Part shown: positions 48,325-60,416 of the stretch, one piece after another
Numbering within the stretch: position 1 is the stretch's first letter
How the letters are laid out: every line of letters begins with the position of its first letter
Assembly (NCBI GenBank): GCA_964510885.1
Contig: CAZEDL010000001.1
Location: 64,684-128,683, forward strand
Length of the DNA stretch: 64,000 nucleotides
Direction: 5' to 3'
Source of the DNA: an uncultured Gammaproteobacteria bacterium
Lineage (GTDB): Bacteria > Patescibacteriota > Patescibacteriia > Magasanikbacterales > GWA2-37-8
Notes under the pieces: generated by a model
What the model was told of the DNA's origin: nothing
What the model saw: the letters and a program-made list of their open reading frames with translations, nothing else
Database searches by the model: none
Made by a program: the position numbers and the translations under genes

Positions 48325-49827
48325 ATGTCAACTAACTCCATAATCGCTGAACTCAAAAAAAATATTGCTTCGTTTGAAAAGCAAGTTGAAGTCGAAGAAG
48401 TCGGCACCGTGCTTGAAGTCGGTGACGGTATTGCGCGCCTCAGTGGATTATCTAATTGCCAGGCCAATGAAATGTTAGAATTTGTAGCCGCAGGCAAAGG
48501 TGACTCCACCTACGGGGTAGCCCTTAACCTTGAAGAAGAAACTATCGGCGCAGTGCTACTCGGAGAGTACCGCCATATCAAACAAGGCGACTCAGTAAAG
48601 CGCACTGGTCGTATTTTATCCGTCCCGGTTGGCGAACAACTCATTGGCCGCGTGGTTAATCCACTTGGAGAAATCATCGATGGGGGGGCTAAAATTAATA
48701 CCAAAACTTTCTACCCAATCGAAAAAATCGCTCCAGGCGTCATGAGCCGCGAGCCAGTCAACCAGCCGGTACAAACCGGTATCAAAGCCATCGATGCTAT
48801 GATCCCCATTGGTCGTGGTCAGCGCGAGCTGATTATCGGCGACCGCCAAACCGGTAAAACAGCCGTGGCTATTGATACGATTATCAATCAAAAAGGCCAA
48901 GACATGATCTGTGTCTATGTTGGTATTGGCCAGAAAGAATCGAAAATTGCCCGCATCGTGGCCAAATTAAAAGAAGCGGGCGCCATGGAATACACCGTAG
49001 TGGTTAGTGCCGGAGCATCTGACCCTGCTTCACTTTTGTATATCGCCCCCTACGCCGGCGTTGCCATTGCCGAATACTTCATGGACAAAGGCAAGGATGT
49101 ACTCGTTATTTACGACGACCTATCTAAACAAGCCTGGGCATACCGCGAAATCTCACTCTTGCTCCGCCGCCCGCCGGGCCGCGAAGCCTACCCTGGCGAC
49201 GTATTCTACTTGCACTCTCGTCTCCTCGAGCGTGCCTGCCGCCGCAACAAAGAAGCTGGTGGCGGCTCTATCACCGCCTTGCCAATCATCGAAACCCAGG
49301 CTGGTGATATTTCAGCCTATATCCCAACCAACGTTATTTCCATCACCGACGGTCAAATCTTCCTTGAAAGTGACTTGTTCTTTCGCGGCATTCGTCCGGC
49401 TTTGAACGTGGGTATTTCAGTCTCACGCGTCGGCTCAAGCGCCCAAACCAAACCAATGAAAAAAGTCGCCGGTAAAATGAAACTCAGCATGGCCCAATTC
49501 CGTGAACTCGAAGCCTTTGCCCAATTTGCCAGCGACCTCGACGCCGATACCAAAAAACAAATTGACCTTGGTCAGCGCCTCATGGAAATCCTGAAGCAAC
49601 CACAATATCAACCATTGCCAGTAGCTAACCAAGTGGCGATTATTTATGCTATCAGTAATGGTTACGCGAATGACGTGGCGGTGAAAGATGTTCGCGCCTG
49701 GGAAACCAAGTTGCACGAATTTTTGAATCACAGTAAACCAACGCTACTTAATAAAATCAGTGACGGCGGCTGGGACGAATCAATCGAAACCGAATTAAAA
49801 GAAGCTATCACTGAATTTAAAAAATAA
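48325..49827 (+). CDS. atpA: F0F1 ATP synthase subunit alpha
   Basis: GDRQTGKT P-loop, full length. Confidence 0.95.
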   Translation: MSTNSIIAELKKNIASFEKQVEVEEVGTVLEVGDGIARLSGLSNCQANEMLEFVAAGKGDSTYGVALNLEEETIGAVLLGEYRHIKQGDSVKRTGRILSVPVGEQLIGRVVNPLGEIIDGGAKINTKTFYPIEKIAPGVMSREPVNQPVQTGIKAIDAMIPIGRGQRELIIGDRQTGKTAVAIDTIINQKGQDMICVYVGIGQKESKIARIVAKLKEAGAMEYTVVVSAGASDPASLLYIAPYAGVAIAEYFMDKGKDVLVIYDDLSKQAWAYREISLLLRRPPGREAYPGDVFYLHSRLLERACRRNKEAGGGSITALPIIETQAGDISAYIPTNVISITDGQIFLESDLFFRGIRPALNVGISVSRVGSSAQTKPMKKVAGKMKLSMAQFRELEAFAQFASDLDADTKKQIDLGQRLMEILKQPQYQPLPVANQVAIIYAISNGYANDVAVKDVRAWETKLHEFLNHSKPTLLNKISDGGWDESIETELKEAITEFKK

Positions 49828-49829
49828 CC

Positions 49830-50267
49830 ATGATTACTTTAGATCAAATCGAACAGGAAGCTGAAAAATTCTGTCGAGCTGTTAAATATTCAGTTGAGCA
49901 CCTTGAAGATATAAACGACGGAACTATGGCTCTGCTTAATTCACAGATGGATGCTTTAGACGAATTAGCTGGCCAATTTGACGATCAAGAAGGTTGGGGT
50001 GAAGCCGCAAAAAAAGGTTGGAATATTATAAATGAAGCCAGAGATGAATTCCACACCGCCTTTCCCAAAGAAAAAGAAACCTTTGAAAGAAGGATGGAAA
50101 AAGAAGAAAGAGGCAGTAAAAACTTTTTTTCTGATCTGCAAAGAGACTTGCTTCAAGGTATGAGAAACGATAGGTACAATGATGAAGCAGGGAATATTTC
50201 GCCACGAAGACTAGAAAAATACGGTGAAGATAAAAAATTCGGCCCACCTCCAGGGTTAAAAAGATAA
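49830..50267 (+). CDS. hypothetical acidic protein inserted between atpA and atpG
   Basis: 145-aa ORF lying 2 nt after the atpA stop and 7 nt before atpG. AT-rich relative to the flanking atp genes. Confidence 0.5.
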   Translation: MITLDQIEQEAEKFCRAVKYSVEHLEDINDGTMALLNSQMDALDELAGQFDDQEGWGEAAKKGWNIINEARDEFHTAFPKEKETFERRMEKEERGSKNFFSDLQRDLLQGMRNDRYNDEAGNISPRRLEKYGEDKKFGPPPGLKR

Positions 50268-50274
50268 CTGCAGT

Positions 50275-51162
50275 ATGGCTCTAAGCACCAAAACCATTCG
50301 TCGCCGCATCAAATCCATCAGCAATACCAAGAAAATTACCAAAGCGATGGAGATGATTAGCGCTGTCAAAATGCGTCGCGCCGTAGCGAACACCTTATCA
50401 AGCCGGAGTTATGCCGATCTCGCTTCTGAAATGCTTCACAGCATCGCCGAACAAACCAACGTTAAAAAGCATCCACTACTAGCTCACCGCCCCGCCAAGC
50501 ATATCGCTTTAATTTTTATTACAAGTAATCGCGGTCTGGCCGGCGGCTTCAATTCCAAGCTTCTCCAGGAAGTACACCGCTACATCCTGCGCATGAAAGC
50601 CGAACACAATGCCGCGGTTGATGTCATTTTACTTGGAAAAAAAGGCCGCAAAATTTATCAAAACTTTGGACACACCATCGTATCCGAATTCGAAAAAATT
50701 GATGTTACTACCAAGATCGAAGAAATCCTCCCGATCGCCACGCTGATGAGTCAAGAATTTATTAGCAAAAAATATGATCGAATTGCAGTTGCTTTTACCG
50801 ATTTTGTTTCAGCCTTGCAGCAAATTCCTAAAATAAAAGTGATCCTGCCTCTGAAGCCAGAAGATATGGCAGTTGGCGTTAAAGCCAAAGCATATGCCCC
50901 AATCAACAACCTAACTTTTGAACCAAATACCACCGATGTATTAAACAAGTTGCTACCCCGCCTTATTGAAATGCAATTATACCAAGCTGTGCTAGAATCA
51001 GACGCCTCCGAACACAGTGCTCGCATGATGGCCATGAGAAGCGCAACTGACGCTGCCAAAGATATGATTAAAGACCTACAAACCAGCTTTAATAATGCCC
51101 GCCAAGCCGGTATTACCAAAGAAATTGCCGAAGTAATCGGTGGCGCGGCTGCTTTAGAATAA
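50275..51162 (+). CDS. atpG: F0F1 ATP synthase subunit gamma
   Basis: N-terminal MALSTKTIRRRIKSISNTKKITKAMEMISAVKMRRA and a conserved C-terminus. Confidence 0.9.
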   Translation: MALSTKTIRRRIKSISNTKKITKAMEMISAVKMRRAVANTLSSRSYADLASEMLHSIAEQTNVKKHPLLAHRPAKHIALIFITSNRGLAGGFNSKLLQEVHRYILRMKAEHNAAVDVILLGKKGRKIYQNFGHTIVSEFEKIDVTTKIEEILPIATLMSQEFISKKYDRIAVAFTDFVSALQQIPKIKVILPLKPEDMAVGVKAKAYAPINNLTFEPNTTDVLNKLLPRLIEMQLYQAVLESDASEHSARMMAMRSATDAAKDMIKDLQTSFNNARQAGITKEIAEVIGGAAALE

Positions 51163-51165
51163 AAT

Positions 51166-51804
51166 ATGACAAGCAAATATTCATTTTTTGGTGCCTTGGT
51201 ATTGCTAGTTTTGTTTGGATTTGGCTGCAGCCAAGCTGAGCCAAACACCACGGCCACACCAGACGAAGTCACCTCAGAGACACCTACAGCTCCAGAAACT
51301 ACACCAATTGACGCTCCAAATAACACCAGTGAAATTTCGGCTATTTTTAACAAAGTCGAAGCCCCATTTACATTTGAATACCCGAGTAATTGGAAGGACA
51401 ATAGCTACGAAGCTGCGGAACAAGGGCAAATTTGGCATTTTACTGACGATACCTCTATCCCTGTCATGGGCGTTGTCATTCCACCAAAAAAAATCGGCAA
51501 TTTGTATGACCCAGGACAATTTGATACTTGCGATAGTTTCCCAAGTAAAAAAGACCTGGACATAATATTTAATCCAACCGAAAAAAATCCAGATAAACAG
51601 ATAATCGGCCAGGCCTGCCGCCGGTGCGACGTAAGCGACCCCGAGTGCAAGACACCGCTTGGAGATGTGCCAGATTTAGCCTATATCCGATGGTGGGGTG
51701 GATCGGATCACAAAACCATGAATCTTATACTTTTTAACTCCCAGATTCCAAATTTAATTGAGCTAATAAAGAAGATTGGGCCAACTATAGAGTCTAAAAA
51801 ATAA
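51166..51804 (+). CDS. lipoprotein inserted between atpG and atpD
   Basis: Signal plus lipobox LVLFGFGCS, then a Thr/Pro-rich linker and a Cys-containing domain. 3-nt and 19-nt gaps to the flanking atp genes. Confidence 0.5.
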   Translation: MTSKYSFFGALVLLVLFGFGCSQAEPNTTATPDEVTSETPTAPETTPIDAPNNTSEISAIFNKVEAPFTFEYPSNWKDNSYEAAEQGQIWHFTDDTSIPVMGVVIPPKKIGNLYDPGQFDTCDSFPSKKDLDIIFNPTEKNPDKQIIGQACRRCDVSDPECKTPLGDVPDLAYIRWWGGSDHKTMNLILFNSQIPNLIELIKKIGPTIESKK

Positions 51805-51814
51805 CTCCGATTAA

Positions 51815-53191
<1,377 letters not shown>

Positions 53192-53192
53192 T

Positions 53193-53498
53193 ATGGAATC
53201 CTTTAAATCCGACGAGATCCACAAAACACATGCAGCTGGTGAATTAAGAAAATTCCTTCTATCTGAAGGCATGGTTGATAAAAAAACTGGCGAAATTAAT
53301 ATTGATCACTTTAAAAAATTGCATGAGGAAATATTTACCCTCCCGGGAATCGACAGCATAGCTGAGGATGACGTGCTTCTACAGTCAATGCTTGAGAAAG
53401 TTGCCACAGATCTAGCACTTAAAGCGGAGCATCAAAAAAGCTTTGTAGCGCAAGCTACGCATAGTATCCGAAAAATGCTGCTTAACGAACCGTTATGA
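53193..53498 (+). CDS. hypothetical protein inserted between atpD and atpC
   Basis: ATG 1 nt after the atpD stop. Overlaps the atpC start by 4 nt. Confidence 0.4.
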   Translation: MESFKSDEIHKTHAAGELRKFLLSEGMVDKKTGEINIDHFKKLHEEIFTLPGIDSIAEDDVLLQSMLEKVATDLALKAEHQKSFVAQATHSIRKMLLNEPL

Positions 53499-53911
53499 TT
53501 CACTTCAAAATTATCACCCCAGAAAAAGTAATTTTTGCCTCTGAAGTTGACCAGGTAAGCCTTATGACTGCGACCGGTGAAATTACCATTTTGCCTCATC
53601 ACATTCCACTAGTCACCCTGCTTGAACCAGGAGAATTGCGTTATAAAAAGAATGGACAAGAATTTCCATTGGCAGTATCGGGTGGGTTTGCTGAAGTAAA
53701 GGCTGACAATAGCTTGTTCATTCTAGCTGACACCGCTGAACATGCAGCTGAAATTGATTTAGACCGTGCAAAAGCCGCTCATCACAAAGCCTTACAAACC
53801 ATGCAATCAGCCAGGGTCTCCGATGATACTAGTTACGCAGCTATGCAATCTGCACTTGAACGCGCCCTCAACCGCGTTAAAGTAGGCAATAAATATCGCC
53901 GTCTTCCATAA
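53495..53911 (+). CDS. atpC: F0F1 ATP synthase subunit epsilon
   Basis: N-terminal beta-sandwich I..PE...F...V..V...T..GE..ILP.H.P plus a C-terminal helical hairpin. Confidence 0.85.
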   Translation: MIHFKIITPEKVIFASEVDQVSLMTATGEITILPHHIPLVTLLEPGELRYKKNGQEFPLAVSGGFAEVKADNSLFILADTAEHAAEIDLDRAKAAHHKALQTMQSARVSDDTSYAAMQSALERALNRVKVGNKYRRLP

Positions 53912-53917
53912 TCTAGT

Positions 53918-54922
53918 ATGAACGAAATACACCGGACCTTTCTAGATGAAAAAGAAAGCAAGTTGCCAAACGATACTCTGCCGCGAATGCCTGCTGAATA
54001 TCTGTATGGACATGGCATGAAGGAATTTTGGAACAAAGATGCTTCATTGGCTTCCTATCGTGCTTTCTACGACAAGTTGATCGATCAGGCTGGCCCAGAA
54101 ATTGCTGAAACCATAAAACTTCAAATCAATTCACACATTTCTGAAAATAATAAATTACTGCTTACCGCCATCGGCGGCGGTGATTTTTATGTAGAGCGAC
54201 GCTATATTAATTTGTTACTTGATGCTGGAATCAACATTCCTCTCGTCAGGCCGCACGAAATTGAATACGAAGATATCCTCGCTCAAAGCAAAAGATTAAG
54301 AAATGATTTGCCGGATACCACTGAAATTAGTCCATTACATGGCGATTTTAGTGATCTAAACATAGCACACCCTCCTGGACACGAGTCTATCGAACAATAT
54401 ACCGGGCTTACGACTATAGTTGGAGCGGCACTTTCAAACCAAAGAGATCCTGAAACATGGATCAAGCAGCTGTCTGAACAGTTGCCAGAGAACGACCTCG
54501 TGTTATGCGATTTTGGTTTACCTGCCGCCAACCCTTCAGTAGAGGACGGTCGATATAAAAGCCCGAATGGCTGCACCTCTCCCATCGAAGAACAGTGGTT
54601 TACAAATGCGTTTGTCGGGTATCTTGTCGAGACCCGCACAGCCCCGGGTCCGATTGGCGAAGTTTCCATCCGCCGCCAAATTGAACCATTGCCGGATAAT
54701 ATCGGGTACTCAATTGTAATTGTAGGAGAAGAAACGAAAGAAGATGGCTCAACGAAAAGCATGGAACTGCATCGCTACACCCGCTTTGATCCTAGTTATC
54801 TTGGAGAACTATTCAAAAAGCACGGTTTTGATACGGTAAACAGTTGGACCGTTGGCTACGGCGCGATGCTGTTCAAAAAAATGAATTCGAAAGATTCCGA
54901 TAGTAACAGCCGACAAAGTTAA
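53918..54922 (+). CDS. hypothetical protein (334 aa) immediately downstream of atpC
   Basis: ORF track. No domain recognised. Confidence 0.4.
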   Translation: MNEIHRTFLDEKESKLPNDTLPRMPAEYLYGHGMKEFWNKDASLASYRAFYDKLIDQAGPEIAETIKLQINSHISENNKLLLTAIGGGDFYVERRYINLLLDAGINIPLVRPHEIEYEDILAQSKRLRNDLPDTTEISPLHGDFSDLNIAHPPGHESIEQYTGLTTIVGAALSNQRDPETWIKQLSEQLPENDLVLCDFGLPAANPSVEDGRYKSPNGCTSPIEEQWFTNAFVGYLVETRTAPGPIGEVSIRRQIEPLPDNIGYSIVIVGEETKEDGSTKSMELHRYTRFDPSYLGELFKKHGFDTVNSWTVGYGAMLFKKMNSKDSDSNSRQS

Positions 54923-55003
54923 CTAAGGCAAGTGTAACAAGAACCCCCTAAACACGTCTTCTATATATCACGCCAGCTTGTCGGCGCGATTTTTGGCTTT
55001 TCT

Positions 55004-56764
55004 ATGAAAGAAAGTACTAAAACAACTCTCTCAATATATTGGTCCGAAGGCCGTAAACAATGGTGGTATGTGCTCACCATTGTTTTTAGCGTCATGGCAG
55101 CCTCGGGCTTACGCGTAATTATCCCTTTATACTTCAAGGATTTTTTTGACATTCTTGGGAATCAGTCCGCCTCTCAGGCAGGTGCAGCTGAGCTCGTCAG
55201 TCTACTTGGCAAGATAGCCATACTAGAATTTATTAGCTTTGGGGCGTGGCGCATTACCTTTCAGGCGTCGACTAATTTTCAGAGTCAAGCTCTCGTAAAC
55301 CTGGCTGCCCGTTGCTTTAATTACCTGCATCGACATTCTTTTTCTTTCTTCAATAACAACTTTGTCGGGTCACTGGTAAAGCGAGTGAACTGGTTTACCA
55401 AAGCTTTTGAAAGTATTTGCGATCGCATCGTTTTCGACTTTTTACCCTTGGGCGTTGACCTGGCGATTATCTTGTTTATTTTGTTTCAGAAACAATTGTA
55501 CCTTGGTATTGGTGTGCTTATCTGGACAATTCTATTTCTGACCATAAACTGGATCTTTACCGCGTACAAATTGAAATACGATTTACAGCGTAATGAGGCT
55601 GAAACCAAAGTCACCGGCATCCTAGCCGACACCATTACCAACCATAGCAATGTTAAGCTGTTCAATGGCTACCAGCGCGAGATTGCCCGCTACAGCGATG
55701 CCAACGCCATAGTAAAACGCATCCGCCGGTTCACCTGGACGCTCGATAATATCTTTGATGCCGTGCAAGGCTTGTTGGTAGTCGCGCTTGAACTCGGGCT
55801 GTTATATGGAGCAGTAAAATTATGGCAAATTGGCCAAGTGACCATCGGGGATTTTGTTTTACTGCAATCCTACGCCATAATCTTGTTCGATAAAGTCTGG
55901 AATTTCGGCAAAGTTATTCGCCGCACCTACTCCGACCTGGCGGATGCAGACGAAATGACCACAATTTTGCTGACGCCACATGAAATTAAAGACAGCCCTA
56001 CTGCTAAAACTCTAATTGTCAAAGACGGTACTATCGAATTCAAAAAAGTAGATTTCTACTACCACGAAACCCGTAAGATCTTCTCCAAATTCAACCTATT
56101 AATTGCCAGTAAAGAAAAAGTGGCACTGGTTGGCCCCTCAGGCGCTGGCAAATCAACGGTCGTTAAATTACTACAGCGCATTCACGAATTAAGCGGGGGA
56201 AAAATTCTGATCGATGGCCAAAAAATAACTGATGTAACCCAAGAAAGCCTGTGGGAAGCCATTAGCCTTGTGCCTCAAGAACCAGTTTTGTTTCACCGCA
56301 GTTTGCTCGAAAATATTCGGTATGGAAAACCCACAGCAACTGATGACGAAGTAATCGCGGCTGCCAGACAGGCTCATTGCCACGAATTTATTTCTGGATT
56401 CCCGGATCAGTACAATACCTTTGTCGGCGAACGCGGAGTGAAGCTCTCGGGCGGAGAACGCCAGCGTGTCGCAATTGCGAGAGCCATTCTGCGCAATGCG
56501 CCAATTCTAATTCTCGACGAGGCCACGTCAAGTCTTGATTCTGAATCGGAAACCTTGATTCAGGACGCGCTAAATACACTAATGGCCAATAAAACGGTAA
56601 TTGTTATCGCCCACCGACTGTCGACTATCATGAAGATGGACCGAATCATGGTGATAGACCATGGCGAGCTGATTGAAACTGGTACCCATGTCGAACTACT
56701 CGGGAACGAGGCCGGGCTCTACCATTCACTCTGGAAATTACAGGCAGGGGGATTTATCGCTTAA
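55004..56764 (+). CDS. ABC transporter, fused permease/ATPase (exporter type)
   Basis: Six N-terminal TM helices. Walker A GPSGAGKST, signature LSGGERQRVAIARA, Walker B ILILDEATS. Confidence 0.85.
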   Translation: MKESTKTTLSIYWSEGRKQWWYVLTIVFSVMAASGLRVIIPLYFKDFFDILGNQSASQAGAAELVSLLGKIAILEFISFGAWRITFQASTNFQSQALVNLAARCFNYLHRHSFSFFNNNFVGSLVKRVNWFTKAFESICDRIVFDFLPLGVDLAIILFILFQKQLYLGIGVLIWTILFLTINWIFTAYKLKYDLQRNEAETKVTGILADTITNHSNVKLFNGYQREIARYSDANAIVKRIRRFTWTLDNIFDAVQGLLVVALELGLLYGAVKLWQIGQVTIGDFVLLQSYAIILFDKVWNFGKVIRRTYSDLADADEMTTILLTPHEIKDSPTAKTLIVKDGTIEFKKVDFYYHETRKIFSKFNLLIASKEKVALVGPSGAGKSTVVKLLQRIHELSGGKILIDGQKITDVTQESLWEAISLVPQEPVLFHRSLLENIRYGKPTATDDEVIAAARQAHCHEFISGFPDQYNTFVGERGVKLSGGERQRVAIARAILRNAPILILDEATSSLDSESETLIQDALNTLMANKTVIVIAHRLSTIMKMDRIMVIDHGELIETGTHVELLGNEAGLYHSLWKLQAGGFIA

Positions 56765-56810
56765 CAAGCGGCTAGACAAAAACCATAAAAAAGGCTACTA
56801 TTAGCCAATT

Positions 56811-58445
56811 ATGGACTACGTTGCCAATTATCTGCAAAAAATCTCCTCTGCCTTTCAGGGCAGCGGCTCTATTCGTATCTCCACGTTTGTTGAAGATCAT
56901 TTAAGGATGCAACCGCTTCTTCATCTGCTGGCTCAAGAACCAGACCCAGACATGTCGGCTCTGATCTATTCGCTATTACGCTTGCCGCCAGAAATCCTCT
57001 CCGTCAAAAACATTATCATGGGCCAATCCGACCGGGTATTTGATGCGGCCGAGCATTCAATTACCGGCCCAGATTGGAAGGTTACCAAAGCCATCGCCCG
57101 CACTCGTCGTTGTCACTACAACGCCAGCACGAGTACGCTGGCGGTGTGCGCCACCAGCCTGTCTGATATCCACGATCTCGTCACCATGCTGACAGCGCTA
57201 TATATTGAATTTAATAAATTAAATCAGGCACTTAGCAAAAACAACCTGCGTGATCTTTCGGCCTGCTTTACTCCAGCCGATTGGAAAAAACTCACGGAAC
57301 TGCTCGGTGAACGTTTGCCTGATTTTATTGCGGCCGCTAAAACTCCCACTAATTACGAGCTAACCCTGCTGTCTGGTTCTAATCTTGAATATACCAAAGC
57401 GGTGCAAGAATGGTGGATCAACATCGCCTCGAGCCGTAAAAAATATCACTTTAACATCTACAACCAGCCAGTCTACTTCGTTTCATCTAACTCGCATTCA
57501 CTCATCAATTTATTATCTGGTTTCCCATATTTCAAGCGGTCGCTCTTGCGCCAGGTTGAAAATGAACGTTTGAATAAAAATACAGACGAGTTCAAAGCCG
57601 AACAAGTAACCGAGGAAAATATTTGCTATTATCTATCTCGCTTTGCCGAAGCCAAAGATAAATCATATCGCAAAGCCAAGATTTCTTACGAAGAAAAATG
57701 TGGCCTGATCCGCCTGCCAGCCTACGAAAACATTGATATTGATGCCCAAATTTTTTCTATCAAAGATTTTGTGCGAAACGCCGAGATAGATCGACGGTTG
57801 CAACTTAAGCCTGAACAAAAATTACGCCTGTTAAAAAGCAACGCTTTGATTTTTAATATTGCCTATCCGCTTGGCCTTAACGCTTATAATATCCTAAAAG
57901 AAGTCAGCGAAAATGTAACTGCTGTCAGAGGCGTCTACATCATGGGTAAAGCCGCATCGCTAAATGCTGGCATTGGTGATATTACCATACCGCAATTCGT
58001 TCTAAACAAGCATACTAATAATCAAATTTTCTTACACAACACCTTTAACGTAGAAGATTTTCAGCCTTACTTCCCAAAAAACTCTATCTTCTCAGAACAA
58101 AAAGCTGTTACCGTCCCTGGCACATTTTTGCAAAATGAGGACACGCTCCAAGAGGATTATCAAAAAGGCTACAGCATTATTGAAATGGAAGCCGGCCCAT
58201 ACCTGGAGCGCGTGTACGAAATGCAATATCCTAATCGTTATCCGGTAAATGACACCTTTGTGCTGCGGCCCCGGTTCCGCCTCGGAGCTGCCTATTATGT
58301 ATCTGATACCCCGCAAAACAAAGGCGTTAATCTTGGCGCCAAACGCCTTACCTGGGAGGGGTTAAATGCCACTTATGCAATTAGCATCGGCATCTTAAAC
58401 GATATTATTAAAACTGAAGACCGGCTGCTCCGCCCGCACGACTAA
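56811..58445 (+). CDS. hypothetical protein with C-terminal PNP/UDP-1 (MTA/SAH-nucleosidase-like) domain
   Basis: The C-terminal ~200 aa carry GIGDITIP, IIEMEAGPY and YVSDTP blocks, resembling MtnN/PNP family motifs. The N-terminal ~330 aa are unassigned. Confidence 0.4.
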   Translation: MDYVANYLQKISSAFQGSGSIRISTFVEDHLRMQPLLHLLAQEPDPDMSALIYSLLRLPPEILSVKNIIMGQSDRVFDAAEHSITGPDWKVTKAIARTRRCHYNASTSTLAVCATSLSDIHDLVTMLTALYIEFNKLNQALSKNNLRDLSACFTPADWKKLTELLGERLPDFIAAAKTPTNYELTLLSGSNLEYTKAVQEWWINIASSRKKYHFNIYNQPVYFVSSNSHSLINLLSGFPYFKRSLLRQVENERLNKNTDEFKAEQVTEENICYYLSRFAEAKDKSYRKAKISYEEKCGLIRLPAYENIDIDAQIFSIKDFVRNAEIDRRLQLKPEQKLRLLKSNALIFNIAYPLGLNAYNILKEVSENVTAVRGVYIMGKAASLNAGIGDITIPQFVLNKHTNNQIFLHNTFNVEDFQPYFPKNSIFSEQKAVTVPGTFLQNEDTLQEDYQKGYSIIEMEAGPYLERVYEMQYPNRYPVNDTFVLRPRFRLGAAYYVSDTPQNKGVNLGAKRLTWEGLNATYAISIGILNDIIKTEDRLLRPHD

Positions 58446-58446
58446 T

Positions 58447-59520
58447 ATGCCATCCTTCTACAAAGAGCTCAAAGAAATTTTATCCGCCGAACCACGTTAC
58501 CGCCAAACTCAAGTACACAAAGCCTGGTTTGACCCGAGTGTCCATGGATACGAAGACATCAGCACCTTGCCGTTGGTTTTGCGGGAAAAGCTAAAAAAAT
58601 TTCCCTGGATGAGCGTAGCCACTCACACTCTTCTTACGAGTAAAGAAGATAACACTCGTAAGCTGCTCTTAAAATTGCATGACAACCAATATATCGAAAT
58701 GGTGCTTATGGGGCGCGCTAAATTAACCCAGGATGCCGCCGAGCATCCAGGGTTCCGTTATACCATTTGTATTTCTTCGCAAGCCGGCTGCCCGATGCGC
58801 TGCGCCTTTTGTGCCACCGGCAAACAAGGTTTTAAACGCAACTTATCAGTCCCCGAAATTGTCGACCAATATCGCTTCGCTCAAAAGATGCTCGCGCCAA
58901 CGGGGGATAGAGTGGCCAACATTGTACTCATGGGCCAAGGCGAGCCGCTCCTTAATTATGACAATGTCAAAGAAGCACTGACAATTCTACTTGACCACAC
59001 CGACCTTGGCGAAACCAAAATTACTGTTTCGACCGCCGGTGTCCCAAGCGTTATGGAAAAAGTGCTCGTCGATGATTTTCCTCCGGTGCGGTGGGCTATT
59101 TCTCTGCACAGCGCCATCGAAGAATCACGCCAAGAGATAATGCCGTCGAATAAACCCGGCTTCCTCGAATTTTTAGTTGACTGGACCAATAAATATCATG
59201 CTCGTTTCCCGAGTCGCACCCATTTTATTGGCCTCGAATATATCATGCTCCACACCGTAAACGATGATAACAAACACCTTGATGCCTTGGTAAAATTGGC
59301 TCGTCGCATGCCGCATATCCGCATCAATCTTATCCCATATAATCGCATTGGCGACGACCCCATCGACAACAAAACTATTTTTGACCGCACGCCGGCCGAG
59401 CGCATCAATCACTGGCACGAAACGCTGATGAAAGAAGGATTCACCACCACCGTGCGCTATTCGCAAGGCCAAGATATCGCCGCCGCCTGCGGACAACTCA
59501 GAAATAAAGAAACGACCTAA
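58447..59520 (+). CDS. rlmN: radical SAM 23S rRNA/tRNA adenine-C2 methyltransferase
   Basis: CISSQAGCPMRCAFCATG radical-SAM cluster motif. GQGEPLLNYDNV. Conserved C-terminal Cys. Confidence 0.85.
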   Translation: MPSFYKELKEILSAEPRYRQTQVHKAWFDPSVHGYEDISTLPLVLREKLKKFPWMSVATHTLLTSKEDNTRKLLLKLHDNQYIEMVLMGRAKLTQDAAEHPGFRYTICISSQAGCPMRCAFCATGKQGFKRNLSVPEIVDQYRFAQKMLAPTGDRVANIVLMGQGEPLLNYDNVKEALTILLDHTDLGETKITVSTAGVPSVMEKVLVDDFPPVRWAISLHSAIEESRQEIMPSNKPGFLEFLVDWTNKYHARFPSRTHFIGLEYIMLHTVNDDNKHLDALVKLARRMPHIRINLIPYNRIGDDPIDNKTIFDRTPAERINHWHETLMKEGFTTTVRYSQGQDIAAACGQLRNKETT

Positions 59521-59536
59521 TCAGTCGTTTCTTTTC
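59509..59536. terminator. bidirectional terminator hairpin between convergent genes
   Basis: gaaacgac-ctaatca-gtcgtttc followed by tttt. Overlaps both stop codons. Confidence 0.45.
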
Positions 59537-60267
59537 ATTATAAGGCCGCAAAAAGGGGAATAACTTGGGTGATTAGGTATCGGGAGGTAAGCTGAGACAA
59601 AAGATTTTAAGCGAATTATTTTTATCAGTATTTTTTTAAACCAATTTCTTTGTTCAGGCTCTACCCAAAACCTAAACCCACCAAACCAACCAGAGTAAAT
59701 AGCCGAAAAACCCTGTTTTTCCAAATGTTTTTGCCATACTCTAGGGTCCATAGCCGGCAAATGATGACGCTCAACATTCGCCCGGTCGAGCCACATATGA
59801 AGCCATTTTTGAATAGAGCCGCTAAAATTAGGCGTCGTTATGAGCAGGTAACCGCCGGGTTTTACCAATGGTACATGTCGGTCAATAACCGCCAAAAAAT
59901 CGGAGAAATGCTCAATAAATCCAAATGAGCACACCACATCATATTGAGTAGTGGGAGAAAATTTAAAAAAATCTTCCCGACTAAACGAACCCACTTGGTA
60001 GCCTTTGGCTTTGAACCACCGAGGCAAATCACTCGTTACGCGCGGCGTTAGATCCATTCCGTTCAATTCATAGCCACGCTGCCCAAACACCGACAAATAA
60101 CTACCCGGGAAGCAGCCAATTTCAAATACGCTTTTAGTGCTTGGCGGAAAATATTTTTTAATAAACTGCGCGAGCGCATCACTGCGCCGCGGCACTTTCA
60201 ACGCCTGGTCTGAATAAGCGTCATCCCAATATTCCTGGGGGGCAAAATTGTGATGATTATTAGTCAT
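59521..60267 (-). CDS. class I SAM-dependent methyltransferase
   Basis: Motif I VFEIGCFPGSYL and post-I acidic residue ELNGMDL. Confidence 0.7.
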   Translation of the reverse strand: MTNNHHNFAPQEYWDDAYSDQALKVPRRSDALAQFIKKYFPPSTKSVFEIGCFPGSYLSVFGQRGYELNGMDLTPRVTSDLPRWFKAKGYQVGSFSREDFFKFSPTTQYDVVCSFGFIEHFSDFLAVIDRHVPLVKPGGYLLITTPNFSGSIQKWLHMWLDRANVERHHLPAMDPRVWQKHLEKQGFSAIYSGWFGGFRFWVEPEQRNWFKKILIKIIRLKSFVSAYLPIPNHPSYSPFCGLIMKRND

Positions 60268-60416
60268 AAAACAATTACAGTGTAAGAAAAAAGATCTTTT
60301 TTGTCAAAAACAAAATACCGCCGTGAAACTCCTACTCTGCTCACTATCTCTATGAGCAAAGGGGAATGGCGGTATTGAAGTGGGCCGAAGGGCGGGGATG
60401 GTCGGGGGGTGGCGGG

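Noticed and set aside
50751-51401. 216-aa minus-strand ORF across atpG and the downstream lipoprotein gene
   Set aside because: Antisense to conserved atpG, so spurious.
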